Below the pieces are notes generated by a model that searched no databases, was not told where the DNA came from, and saw only the letters and a list, made by a program, of their open reading frames with translations. The translations under genes were made by a program, and so were the position numbers. From Albugo candida (taxonomy: Eukaryota): a stretch of 64,000 bases of DNA. Each line of letters opens with the position of its first letter. Position 1 is the stretch's first letter. Where the stretch lies: contig JBDOQK010000082.1 of assembly GCA_040437565.1 (NCBI GenBank), positions 1-64,000 of the forward strand, read 5' to 3'. Below are positions 25,928 to 38,420 of this stretch, one piece after another.

Positions 25928-28900
25928 GTTGAAGGTGTCTATATTACTAGAATTAGACAAACTGACTTCTCTAGTTGCCTAGGCTTTCTTAAATAACATA
26001 TATACATATAAAAANNNNNNNNNNNNNNNNNNNNNNNNNNNNNNNNNNNNNNNNNNNNNNNNNNNNNNNNNNNNNNNNNNNNNNNNNNNNNNNNNNNNNN
26101 NNNNNNNNNNNNNNGTGTTGCGGTCGATTCGAAAGTTTTGGAGAGCAATTACTCATAAAAAACCACTCGCTCCTCGGCTTAGACCGGTGAATATATATTG
26201 TGAATATACACAGGTGCATCGTGAATGATAAGACGCAAAAGCAAATAACGATTTCGAATGCTTCGTTCGATGAGTTCTTGAGCTTTTGTATAACCGGGAA
26301 AGTCTGATCGAAGGACTGTCATGACCCCATCACTGCGGTTTGGACTCGGATAAAGAAAAGCGCTGTTGTGGTCATTGACAAACATTTTGTGCTCCATTTT
26401 CGAGGATAATAAAAACTGAAAGGACTCCAGTTGATTGTGGTCGTGAAACTTGGTTTCTTGAACACAACAAATGAAGTGTTGTGATAGGATGTGGTCTATA
26501 AAGATAACCATTTTTTATGAATTCCATTAATATTGACCGTGAGTGCTGAGAGATTGTTCCACGTTGAAATAATCGAGGAGCCCTGAGCATTCACGCTGAA
26601 GTGGACCAGCAATCAACCTGATTTTACCAGCTTCTTTTGAGTGGTGGAGTGTTGATTTCTCTTCTGGGAAAAAGCTGAGATTGACGGAAAGCTCGCTGAT
26701 ATCACCACAGAGAGGTCTTCGCAATTTACCGCCAAACCATTGCGACCAACAATTTATGCCAACGTCGGAACGTAACAATAATATTAGCACATTGATCGGA
26801 AGTAAACGACAATGGTAACCCGGAATCCAGATCACTGGTATATCGGTGAGATGGTGGATCCTGTGATCGTTTGCGTAAAATTTCGGGGCAGTAGACATAA
26901 AGAATAGTTCCAATAATGCGAGAGCTTAGGTCGCCCGAGTCAAACCGTGAAAAGTGTCCGGCACTGACTTCCACCAAGGCATCACTTTCTCGAACAATAC
27001 AGCTCTTTTTGAGAGATCGTTTCCACCAACGTGGCGATTCCATCGCGTCGTAAATGTGAAATCTTCGCCGAGATTGTGCGCTGCAAAAACGAGATTGATT
27101 AGAAGTAGATATGCGACTTCGTCCAACGCTGGATCATTCCACTCCATGCATGGAGTAAGCACCCCATGCATGGTGATGGGATGATCTAATGCTGGCCGGA
27201 TGATTTGGTCTGGGTTTGTACATGATGGGACCAGCTTGTCAGGTCGAAGCTGGTGGAGTGCATTTTTGGAATCCATTTCCATGAGCTCTCCGAATTCACC
27301 AATTTGAGAGTTGGTCGCTCCGCTTTTTCCACTGTTGTATGATGCTTCTTAAATAAGTCCGCTGCCTTTTTTGAAGTGGCCACCTCCTTTGGCATCCGTG
27401 CTTTTACGGAAATAATTTGAATGCTGTTGCCATTCTCCGGATTGGCAACGGCTTGGAATTCTTCGACTTCCACCTCCATAGTTGCGAGCACAGCAAAATA
27501 ATTGCTTGTCGCGCAACGTTGGGAGCGCACGAGGTGGTGCATTGGAAACCATTTGGTCGACAGGCTCAGTCTGATTACGCTTTCCTCGTGTCCAGGCCAA
27601 CTACATGAATGTATCACCATCCTTCTTCACCCGCGGATGGGAAGATGATTGACTTTTCAAATGGAGGATGGGGAGATTGGGTTGCGATAAGTGTTGTGAC
27701 CCTGGTGGCGAGATAGAGGGAGGAGTGTTGAGCTCCTACGAAATTTGGTCGGATTGTTTTTGCTCTGGTCGCCTCGTCTCCAATTCCTGAATTTGAATTG
27801 GCTCCTCCACCTTTTTTAGGACCACCACGACTGGCGTTGGCGCGGTTGGTTTTTTTTTTCTTGTTGAGGTTTTGCTTCTTTTGATTTTGAGGTTAAGTTT
27901 GATTAGTGTTTCGTTTCTTGTTGTTGTTGTTCTTTTTGTGTTGGTTTGGTTGTTGCCGTGTTCTCAAGGCTAATGCAGCATCCAAATCCAAGCACTACAG
28001 ACCACGTTGACCAAAACGTGCTCGTTACGTTGGAATAGGAGCATTCTTAACCCGTACTGGGTAGAGCTGCTTGTCGTAAGCGATTTGTTCAATCACTTTA
28101 CCAACTCGAACCAGTTCTTGTGAACACGTCGAACGCCCAAAGTAGACTCTCCATGTCCACATTACCACCTCGTTGATTGGAACCGTCTCACAAAAGGTGT
28201 CATACACCAGTTGAAACCCAAGTTTGTGAAGAGCGCCGCGAATGTTGTTCCGTTCCACCTTCACGCTTACGCCGAAAACATAGAGGTAGTACTTTGTTTC
28301 AAGAGTATCAAACTCCCGGAAAAATTACTTTTCCCCAAGGATAGTCACCGGCTGACACTCCAACTGCTGGCAGGCATCCGCCGTGGTGACCATCACCCTG
28401 ACGTTGCCCTCAGGCATTTTGGATACCTGAGCGATTGACCAGCTCTCCAGTAGGCTTTCAAAAACCGGATTACCGTGGTCTCGCATAGTACGAGACCATC
28501 GGGAAGGTTGCTTTCCGGATTTGGAGAGGTCTTGCTTCTTCCAATTTCGCAGACAAAATAGACCAATCCGGGTGCTCCCCATCAGCATATAGCTGCAGTA
28601 TAGCCTCGATATCCGAGGTTTTCGGCTTTGCGAGCTCCACACGACATTTCGCCCGAGCTCTAGCCTGGTCCTTACGCAAGGACTCTTGTGACTTGATAAG
28701 GTCAGCAAGAGTGGGACGTTTAGTGTCGTCCACACTTGAAGTTCAGTTTCTTTTGAGTCACCCTGTGACAAGGCAACGACAGTACCGCATGGCCCACCGG
28801 TACCACATCCTACACCGGTAGTACGTACCTGTATTAACCTGTAGCGTCACACTGGGAGTGGGGGTACTTTCCATGTCATCACATAGGGGTGATGACTCAT

Positions 28901-28950
28901 CAACAATCATGCAATCACCCAAAACAGGGTGACTCATGAGGGTTGCCACG
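25928..28950 (-). mobile_element. Decayed L1-like LINE: ORF1, apurinic-endonuclease start of ORF2, gap, 3' tail
   Basis: APE motifs CCVQETKF...GVMTVLR...RYLLLRL...HNIYSP (26179-26511). ORF1-like pieces GNVRVMVTTADAC and WTWRVYF (28025-28771). Shared 3' tail at 25928-26013. RT is presumably lost in the gap ending at 26114. Confidence 0.88.
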
Positions 28951-28953
28951 TCA

Positions 28954-29524
28954 CTAGAAGTGGACGCTAGCACCCTTGGTTGTGTCGATATGTCGACTTG
29001 GACGATTGTGTTCGAGAGGTAAGAGTTGAAAAAGGTATTTTTTCGAGTTGTTTTGTACTAAATTGGCGGGTAACGTAGTAGCCGGAAAATTGACAAGTGT
29101 ATACCCTAACAGTAAGGAATCATCGTCCGTTACAATGACATCATTGTCGATGAGAGAATATGTCGGATTGAATAAAGCTGTCGGTGAATGATATTGTGGC
29201 AATACCATCGACCAAACGCATTTGGCGGCGTGTAACCCAACGACACAGCCTTTGAATGCGTTCTCAATAACGTCATAGGGATAGAAATACACGTTTTCTA
29301 GAATCGAAAGGAATGTCTCATCGTTTATCGGGTCGGTGAGCTTCAACGTATCGGGTGATATGAGAGCCAAAGGACGTCCGATACTTCTATTACAATGGAC
29401 AGACGATTCTAATTCGGGAAGTAAAAGCGGCCAATAATTCGCTTTAGACTCAATTGTCGTAATTGTGTACCTGTGGTTCCATCGTTGCAAACGATGTTGC
29501 GATTATTTGCGAAAGGAACGAGAT
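28954..29524 (-). pseudogene. Unassigned coding relic, copy A (178-aa open stretch)
   Basis: ORF 28954-29490. Its first part (KANYWPLLLPEL) is duplicated with conservative changes (KANCWPLLLPEF) at 31748-31920. Product not recognised. Confidence 0.5.
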
Positions 29525-29527
29525 GAT

Positions 29528-31747
29528 AGTTAGAAACTGGACCATATGATTGCAGCGACGGTGAGTTGAAGACCTACACTGGTGGAAGGTCTCCATCTCC
29601 TGAATAGCCTAGGCAGTAAAGGTGGCAGAGAGAGATAGGATAGTTGGTTAGGGATCTCACAATATACCTTTAAAAATATAAGTCTATGTGTACGACCTCT
29701 GGTGCGGTTCTCAATAGGGTTATGAGCCCAACCACCCAGAGACTACGCGGTGCTACGCGACCGACGCGACACAAAAGCCAGAACTTATCTTCATTGTCAG
29801 ACTCCAACAGCGACGGAGAAAAACGCATCGAATTCAAGATTGGGCACGCGGGGACTCCCATACGGTGGGTTGAAGATGACTGGACATTCTACAAACATGC
29901 CATGATATATGCGTTCGGAAAAAGCTTATTGGACCAGATCGCTATTGGTGAGGATCGTGAAGACAAAAGCTGGAATGACGACGAAAAACGAAAATTCAAA
30001 AAAGAACAGGACAATATCAAAATCCTGATTTAAGGATCACTGTCAATGAAACATGCAAGACAAGTGATGATGAAGGTTACAGACACGGAGATGTAGGCTG
30101 AACTCGTATCAATCTACGAGAACAAGAAAAATCCTGCTATGACTGCGCAGAAGGTGTATAGCTTGATTGTCAAGGATTTCATTACACTGTTTATCTGGTT
30201 TTTTAACTACCTTCCTTATCCTATCATGAGTCCCTGACCGTGTGAATATNNNNNNNNNNNNNNNNNNNNNNNNNNNNNNNNNNNNNNNNNNNNNNNNNNN
30301 NNNNNNNNNNNNNNNNNNNNNNNNNNNNNNNNNNNNNNNNNNNNNNNNNATGCTCCTTTTACCATCAAGAAATATCTGGAGGAGGTCGAAGGCTATCCTT
30401 GCAAAAACGAAGGGATCATTTACATCATTGACAAAGCACTCTATGGATTACGTCAATCTGGAAGGGAGTGGAATACCGAAGTGAATCGCTGGTTTATTGA
30501 CTATGGATTTATACAATCTGAGACAGAGCCGTCTCTCTATATCTACGATCATGATGGCGAATTCACTATTGTCCTTCTTTATGTCGATGACATTTTATGC
30601 GCAGCCAAAACTCTAACTTTCAAGATCAAAATGCTCGATTTATAAGACAAAAGTTATGGGTTGAAGGACCAAGGTCTCTTGAACACGTACTTGGGTGTGC
30701 AGGTGGAACAGAATGAACATTCTACCAAGATCCACCAGACAAAGTGTTGCCAAGAAATCATTGAGCGCTATAATTTCGGTAATGCTCACCGAGTAGAATT
30801 CCCATGGAGACAAACACACGTTTGACTGTAGAGGACACAGATATGAAACAAAGAAAACAAATACCCGCAAATGTAAAGACTTTCCCGTAGCGAGAGATCG
30901 CTGGATCGTTGATATACCTCGCGACTTGTATCAGACCTCATCTTGCATACCCTGTAAGACAATTGATCCGCTACGTGCAAAATCCTACGCAGCAGCACAT
31001 CGGCGCCACAAACAAGGTACCTGATTGGCACGAAGACACAAGGGTTGTATAATCTCGAAACAAGGCAGAAGCCCAACAATCACTTTGCCTGTCAACAGCG
31101 ACTCTGACTGGAGAATTGACCCCGACACATGAAAAAGCGTTACCTGTTTCGTGCACTGTCTTGCTGGAGAGGTGCAACACTAGACGCCAAATCATTGTGC
31201 TCTAGGCAATTGCAGAGGGAGAATATGTCGCGGCATGCGAAGCTTGTATGGAAGGAAAGGGACTCTGAAATATTTCATTGCATGTATTCCCAAACATCAA
31301 GCCTATCTTCGGTCTTGAAATTGACAATCAAGCGGCCTACGTAATGGCAACAAACCCTCCATACAGTCGTAGAACAAGACATATTAAACTGCGCTGGCAT
31401 AATGTTCGAGATTAAGTGGCAAAAGGAAACATGCAGTTATAAAACGTTGTGACTGATCTCAATCCATCTGACATCATGACAAAACCTCTCGCTAGCGAAA
31501 GACTCGAAAGACTGAGTTTAATGATCGGTATGACCAAAGTACATCATTCTAAAGCTACGGACTAAATTTGGAGTAGGACGTGTTGGAAACTGGATCTACT
31601 GATTGCAGCGACGGTAGGTTGAAGACTTCCACTGGTGGAAGGGCACCATTTCTCAATAGTCCTAGGCAGTGAAAGGTCGCAGAGAGACATAAGATTGCTG
31701 CTAAGGGAGTTCTCAATATACCTTTAAAACCATAAGTCTTTGTGTAC
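29528..31747 (+). mobile_element. Decayed Ty1/Copia element (second family), middle lost in a gap
   Basis: 5' LTR 29528-29716, PBS GGTTATGAGCCCA (29718-29730), gag (WTFYKHAMIYAF), RT (YGLRQSGREWN, LYVDDIL), RNase H (IDNQAA, RTRHIKLRWH, SDIMTKPL), PPT GGAGTAGGACG, and a 3'-truncated 3' LTR at 31581-31747. Confidence 0.93.
30167..30249 (-). mobile_element. SINE 3' end inserted in Copia gag, cut by a scaffold gap
   Basis: TTGTCAAGGATTTCATTACACTG...CCCTGACCGTGTGAATAT matches the other SINE copies. Confidence 0.9.
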
Positions 31748-33590
31748 GGGCGAAATGAGTGCCAACGGACGTCCGATACTGCCGTTAGAATGGAAAGACG
31801 ATTAGAATTCGGGAAGTAAAAGCGGCCAACAATTCGCTTTTAACTCAATTTTTCGTAATTGTGTGCCTGTAGTTCCATCGATCCAAACAATGTTGTGATT
31901 ATTTGCGAAAAGAGCGAGATCAGGACCGGGTCCTAGCGGTGGATGGTCTCTCGATACAAACATGTTGTACTCGGAACCGATGTATTTGAACAACGCACCG
32001 CTGAGCTTCCGGTTGCAGAGTGAATAATGTGCCGCTTTTTGTCAGGACGATCACAGATTTAATAAATTTAAGGAAGTAAGCGTTTTTGAGTACTTTTTTT
32101 TGTCGACACTTTCATTTCCTTTTTCATACCGGAGCCTAATTTGAGTTGAGAATCGGTAAAAATGAGTGATTTCCATTTGGATTTCTTGAAGAAATGTCGA
32201 AATTCTATTAAATGCAAAGTCTTTTTCGAGCTCAGTTTCCATCGGAGAAATCCAATGCACTTGTTTGACGTTGGCGAGTGCTTCCTCTCGCGTTCATAAG
32301 ACCTCAGGCGATTGCTTGTGCCCGCTCTTCAGAAAGATTATTGTATCGTCTTGCATCCTCCATAGGTGCAAGCACTCGGTATTGATACATGACAAAAAAG
32401 CTTCTGATTCGCTCTCTTCATATAGTGAGACTGCCAATTGGAAGCGGATTTCGACTGCTCGGAGACGGAAGGGATGGAAAACGGACTCATAACGGAGGCT
32501 GTCAAAATGTGGAAAATGGCTTCCGAATTGGCATTTTCAAAGGAACGATGTGATTCCGAGAGATGTGAGTGTCCCCAACAGGGTAGGTATTTTCCCCACC
32601 AAAATCTGTTCGAACATGAAAGTTCAAGAAAATTAATCAAACTTGTCCTTTTTGTTGGTTTGGATTCTCATGCGGCACATTATCAAAACTTGAATACATC
32701 AGTGCAACTCACCTGTTGCTACTATACATTCCAAGCACTCTATAATCATCGTCAAAGCGAACCGTATACTCATGCGACTGTAACGGAAAATTTATCACAA
32801 TAGTGTGCGGCTGCATCGCAATCGACGGGACCACCGAACGATATCTTGTACACGAGCAACGAAAAGCGTCGCTGATAGTGCATACGAATTGGTGGCGAGA
32901 ATGTAAAGTGAGGATAAAGAGTTAGCTGCGGTGAGATTGAGGGGTATAAACTGAACTGTATTACGTCTTGAAGAGTTGAGACAATTTAATGAGTTAAATT
33001 GTTTCATGAGCAAAGGGAGCGAAATTCCCAGCATGCGACAAAAAGCATCGACGTACGATTTGGAAGTACCTCAACGGTGTTTCGTGGACGTCTGGCTGCA
33101 TAGATGATACTCTATCCCTTTCCCAACGCCAAAAAGACCGTGAAGCCTCGAAAGAAAATCTATTGACTATGAACTTCNNNNNNNNNNNNNNNNNNNNNNN
33201 NNNNNNNNNNNNNNNNNNNNNNNNNNNNNNNNNNNNNNNNNNNNNNNNNNNNNNNNNNNNNNNNNNNNNNNNNNNNNATAAAGAGTTAGCTGCGGTGAGA
33301 TTGAGGGGTATAAACTGAACTGTATTACGTCTTGAAGAGTTGAGACAATTTAATGAGTTAAATTGTTTCATGAGCAAAGGGAGCGAAATTCCCAGCATGC
33401 GACAAAAAGCATCGACGTACGATTTGGAAGTACCTCAACGGTGTTTCGTGGACGTCTGGCTGCATAGATGATACTCTATCCCTTTCCCAACGCCAAAAAG
33501 ACCGTGAAGCCTCGAAAGAAAATCTATTGACTATGAACTTCAGAGACGAGAAGTTGTTCTTTTCTTGGTCGAAAAGAAATCGAGTGAAAG
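31748..33590 (-). pseudogene. Unassigned coding relic, copy B (upstream part)
   Basis: Chain of protein-like minus-strand fragments (HTIVINFPLQSHEYTVRFDDDYRVLGMY; YQYRVLAPMEDARRYNNLSEERAQAIA; FVSRDHPPLGPGPDLALFANNHNIVWIDG) leading into the segment shared with copy A. 32914-33177 is repeated after the gap at 33278-33541. Confidence 0.45.
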
Positions 33591-36500
33591 AGAAATATTA
33601 TGAGTCGTCAGCAAAAGTAATCCACGTTACCAGTATACCGATTAAATTCGGTATATAACCAGGTTAACTGAGTTATATTTATATGTAAAAAAATTATTGT
33701 AAATACCTCAGCCAACTGACAAGTTACCTTAGCTTGAAATTGCTAATGGCAGTTGCTTACTATGCTAAAGTTTGTACAGCCGCTAACAAGTTTCTTTGAA
33801 CAAATCGTGTTACTTTTTCTGTGATTACATCCAAAATGACGTCACATTTAATAAAAGGGTTTTCTATTTCAAATGCTTCGACTACTCCGTGACACTTGAA
33901 GTAGCAGTGTTACGTCTTGACTAAGATTGCAGAGAGCGGATAGCTTACTTCTTACGTATGCATATTCCACCTCGAGCGAAAGTCTATCATTCGATCACAA
34001 GCATTTCTGTTGAAGCCGTTCATATTTATGAAGTCTGAAAAAGCTTACCTTGCTGATGTTTAGGGTCTGGTGTGGTATTCCATTACCTTCCGTGTACGTG
34101 GTATATGAGTCTTAACCGAAGCCAAATTGTCCCTGTTGAAGTTGTTAAAGGACATCTTTGGTAGTTGAATATATAATCTCTTCAATGTCACTGAAATATT
34201 CTGGGAGGTCCTTCTTTTTCAGTTGTTGTGTGATAAGAGCAATGTAACATTTCCCATTCTGTACCTTCTCCTTTGGCATCCATGTTTCGCTGGAATGCAC
34301 TCGAATGGCGGCTACCTCCTGTCTTGAAATTTATTTTTGAAGCTGAACCACAAAGAAACATTTTCTGGTCATTACATACCGAAAAACAAGCTGTCAAGCT
34401 CTCGAAACCGTCTTTTTGAAGTGGTTCGAAGCGATGTAGATTACCTATTCATCGAACCTACTGCGTGCTTCCACCGCTGCCATTGTGATGAAGGTGGTCT
34501 TCAATATGCTCGCATCTGAAGGAGTGGAAGTGCTTCGGAAATAGATGGGGTAGTCTGAAATTGGAGACCTGATGCGGTTATGAGTACGAACGAGGTTGCG
34601 AATTTGATTAAGAGGAGGGATTTATTGGGATAGGAGGATTTCATCTTCTCACATAGTTGAGCAGCTTTGCATAGGCTGTTTTCTCTCACATCGTGCCAAT
34701 TCGAAGCAATCACTGATAGCAAACTTTCCAACTTTACACCACAACTCTGTTTCCCAATAGGCCCCTTTGATGTATCAGAAACATATGGTATCCCGGGTAC
34801 AAAATGATTTCGAAATATGTTTCCGCTCTACCTGAAGCCAAAAAAATATACATCTCGGAAAAAATTCAATTCGACAGACAACTGTTACTGAAAAATGACT
34901 TGGCCTGAAGATGGTCATTCTTCTGCGGTCAAACTAGTGACACGCAACCATACCATACTATCAGCCAGCGTTTCCATCGGGCATTTTCAGCATCCCTTCT
35001 GTCAGTTCAGTCTCCAGGGACTTAACATACTTCAAAACTGTAAGAAATTGGCACTGGGGATCCTGCTCAAGGCCTTGCAGCTCCAAACTTTGTTTATTGC
35101 GCACGTCAGCATATAGCGCCAACTAGGTTTTTAATATCGAGCCTTTGAGGCTCGAAAGATTGCACGCAAGTTTTTATACTTCATTCTGTATCTTATCCTT
35201 ATCTAGGCTCTCTTGGGAGTTTGAAGTTCCGCCTAGGTAGGGTGCTACACCCACAGGTTTTGTGATCGTTACCAGCTACTTCTGCGGGAGGGTGCTGTGC
35301 AAATTATTGGGCAGCGGCGTGTCACCACAATCATTCAATCTCCGAAGGTCGGCTGATTCATCAGCACTATTAGATTGCCAAAATTGTCGCTATGATGTCG
35401 ATGTAGATACAATGAAAGTTTATTCCGATATTTGCAATATATTCGCGGGTTATGTAGTAGCCATTCTTTAATTCCTTCCTGAGTGTCTAACACTCTTAAT
35501 ATCATTTTGACAAACTTCCAGCCTCCAGTAAGATACCCAGGCTGCGCTGCCTGTCGCGACTCTTAGTAGCAAGCATTCGTTTCAATCCTTGACAAATACT
35601 GCCAGAAAATCAAATTTACCAGCAAACCCTGTCAAAAAATTTCGTCTACTACGTCTGCATTAATATCTCAATAATTTACTTCTCCAGCCCTGGTCCCTTA
35701 CAGGTAGGCGTGCTCGAGGGTATGATTTTCTTAATTCATTCGAAGTGAAAGGTGTGCTTTTTGTCGAAGAGAGTGAAGCTTGTAATGGAGAATAAAATTA
35801 TGATGATTTCAACTGTACTCATGGCGTCCATCAACTTCTGTATGTGGCAATTTGTTCGTTCATGTATTGCACGAATCTATACCAGCAACGAAACTACCAG
35901 ATATATTAGGCTGGTGTTTTCTAAGCCTCTTCATCAACGGTAGCTGGTGAAGGACCGGGCCTGATGTACGGGTGCATGCTGTATGGAGAGCCGACCCAAT
36001 GTAGTAAGGGCCATTTCTTGGAGTAGTACGCGATAATTCTGGATATTTGTATGCAAATGAGGTGAGAAACCCATCGGAGGTTATGAACGCAAAGTTTGGT
36101 ACAAACGCTGTAGGAAATGACATTTCCAAACACTTCAAATTGCAGCAAGCTTCAACATATCTTTGCCATGGAAGAATAGTTTGTAAATTGATAAATCACG
36201 ACGACTTGAACTATTTCTTAGGAACACTCGTCTTATCCAAACAATAATATGAAGAATGTAATATGTTGTGACGTTGATAAAGTACTGTGCACGGAATTAT
36301 TTGCATTTTTCATCGTGCATTCCAACAGAGCTTTGTTCTTGTAGCATCTGTGCTCAAATCTCTACCCATTAGGGCTCTTCTAGCCCGGTGGAAGCTTTCC
36401 TTCGTCACTGAGTCACAGTCGCATTTTCCAAGCATCAAAAAGAGGAACGTTTCGACGAACAACGCATGACTATATGACAATGAAAACCCTTAGTGTAGTA

Positions 36501-37093
36501 CAGATAGATCGGACCCGTATTCAGTAGCTATCGTGCATTGATGAAGAAAACGACTCGATACACGGGACTGGCCGGCTTACTCTTGTAAATCAGCAGACGT
36601 AAATTGTCAGGTGGTCTTATTCGATATGCCGTGGACTCAGCATGGGAAGTAGTCTGATAACAATCAGAGGTATAAGACGCCGCAACAAAATGCACCAGTT
36701 TCATTATTTAATCGCTTCTCTGGATACATCGCAGCGGAGGCAAAAGGCCGGTATATTGGTAGGCTGTATATCGAAAGTCAAATATGTTCATATATGCAAA
36801 ACATGCGTCCATTATAAGTCTGTTAGCATATGACCACCTTCTGCATGAGAAAGCGAAGGATTCTGTCACGAGAATTTACATCTTACCACAATCATATATT
36901 GGAGAGGCGCTTGTAGTTGCGCACTTCTTTTTCACTCTTTCCAGGAGGCACTCTGACTCGTACAATAAGGATGTACCAAAAAAGGCATATAAAAATAAGG
37001 ATATCTACTGCCATGTATTACATCGTTTTCTAATCCGATATGCGACGTCATTGTGATAGGGAGACACAATCGTCCTCGAACCTGAAGCAGAAA

Positions 37094-38386
37094 CTACATT
37101 TTTCGCGGCTGGTTTGGATTTCCGATACAATGCCAAGACTTTGTAGTGGTTGTGCGGTTCGCGATTTGTGATTCCAACTTGGAGTCCTCCATCTGAAAGG
37201 CTAACCAGTTTCGTCTTTGAAATCGATTCAGTCGATTCGAATTGGAAGCGCGCGGTTACACGCTCTTTTCTTTGAAATGTGCGTAAATTTCTTTCACTGT
37301 CTTGCAGACTGCATGCAACGTAGGACGTCCATGATCTGTATATCGTTTACAGCGTGCATGCGAGTTACCGTGTAACAAAAGATCGTTGCTTAAAAGTTTG
37401 GCGATCTGGTCGATAAAGTTGAGGTTCTGAGCAATCTCATTCAAATCTGTGTAGATATGGTCCAAATCACGTCGAAAATTCTTTTCGAAACCCACAAATC
37501 CTTCTTTGGAAGTCATGATCGTTGACAAATGCTGAAAAATAACGATCATCATGACCTGAAAGTTCAGTGTGAAGACTTCGAAGACGTCTATGAAAACGCC
37601 GCACCAGAACTCTACGAAGTTTGTTCTGGAGATGGCGCTGATAGCTACAGGCGAGACAGTAGGAATATCACATTTACGATTGTACGAAAGGTCAATGAGT
37701 GAGCTTGCGAAAATTGAACCCAGTGTAAAATCAACCAAGTGACGTGAGGAAGGATGCGTCAATCCAATCAATCCGATGGCACTACTGCCCAACTCCAGTA
37801 CTTTTTTATAAACAAAAAATGCGTCCTTACCATGAGAGGTCTTCTCAGAACGGGGTACAAATTCATACGCTTTTCTCAAAAGAGTACGTAGACGGCGCTT
37901 GTTCTCGAAATCAGACGTAGCAATGGAAGTGTATCTCTCTTCTCCTATCACTTCTTTCAACTCTTCATTAGACACTTCTTGCAACGCTCCTTCAAACGCC
38001 TTCTCCAGCGTTTTATCCCAGCTCTCAGAGGACAACCATTGCAATGGATTCCAGTTTTTCTTTCCTTTACTTTTGACAAACGCTTCCATCATAGAAGGAA
38101 ACGTCTTAGAAGAACCACACCAGGTCATTTGATGCATAGCCATTGCTCCAAGTAGTAGTTTTTTGCCTGGAACATAAGCTTCACTCTGACCATCTTTTGC
38201 ATTTGCCCAAACCATGTTCGCTCAGAATGAGCAACAATAACGCTTAATTTCTTGATGGTCTAAAATGGGAGCAGTGGTGTCTTTTACATTAACAGCAGGA
38301 TTCATGTTGTCGGAATTCTTAGTAGACGTTGTAGTGACCCATATAGAAATAAGGATAAAGTGTGACAAACGTGACGAAAGAACCAT
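37094..38386 (-). pseudogene. Paralogue of the secreted protein with two in-frame premature stops
   Basis: ATG 38386 gives signal peptide MVLSSRLSHFILISIWVTTTST. An in-frame TGA at 38224-38222 separates it from a 319-aa ORF sharing YVPGKK(I/L)LLGAMAxHQ, WNPLQWL, SWD and FIDQIAK. A TAA at 37258-37256 replaces the L before PRASNSNRLN, which aligns with PRPSKYNPLN. Confidence 0.85.
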
Positions 38387-38402
38387 TACTGTTCGGCTGC
38401 GA

Positions 38403-38420
38403 GGAAATCGAAAAATGAGG
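38403..38420 (-). promoter_or_regulatory. Oomycete INR+FPR-like core promoter
   Basis: Minus strand CCTCATTTTTCGATTTCC, 16 nt upstream of ATG 38386. Confidence 0.65.

Noticed and set aside
32914..33541. Direct repeat in the unknown relic
   Set aside because: Apparently identical copies flanking a gap; assembly artefact.
33634..33655. CRESS-DNA virus replication origin
   Set aside because: The loop is 6 nt and lacks the NANTATTAC nonanucleotide; no Rep motifs nearby.
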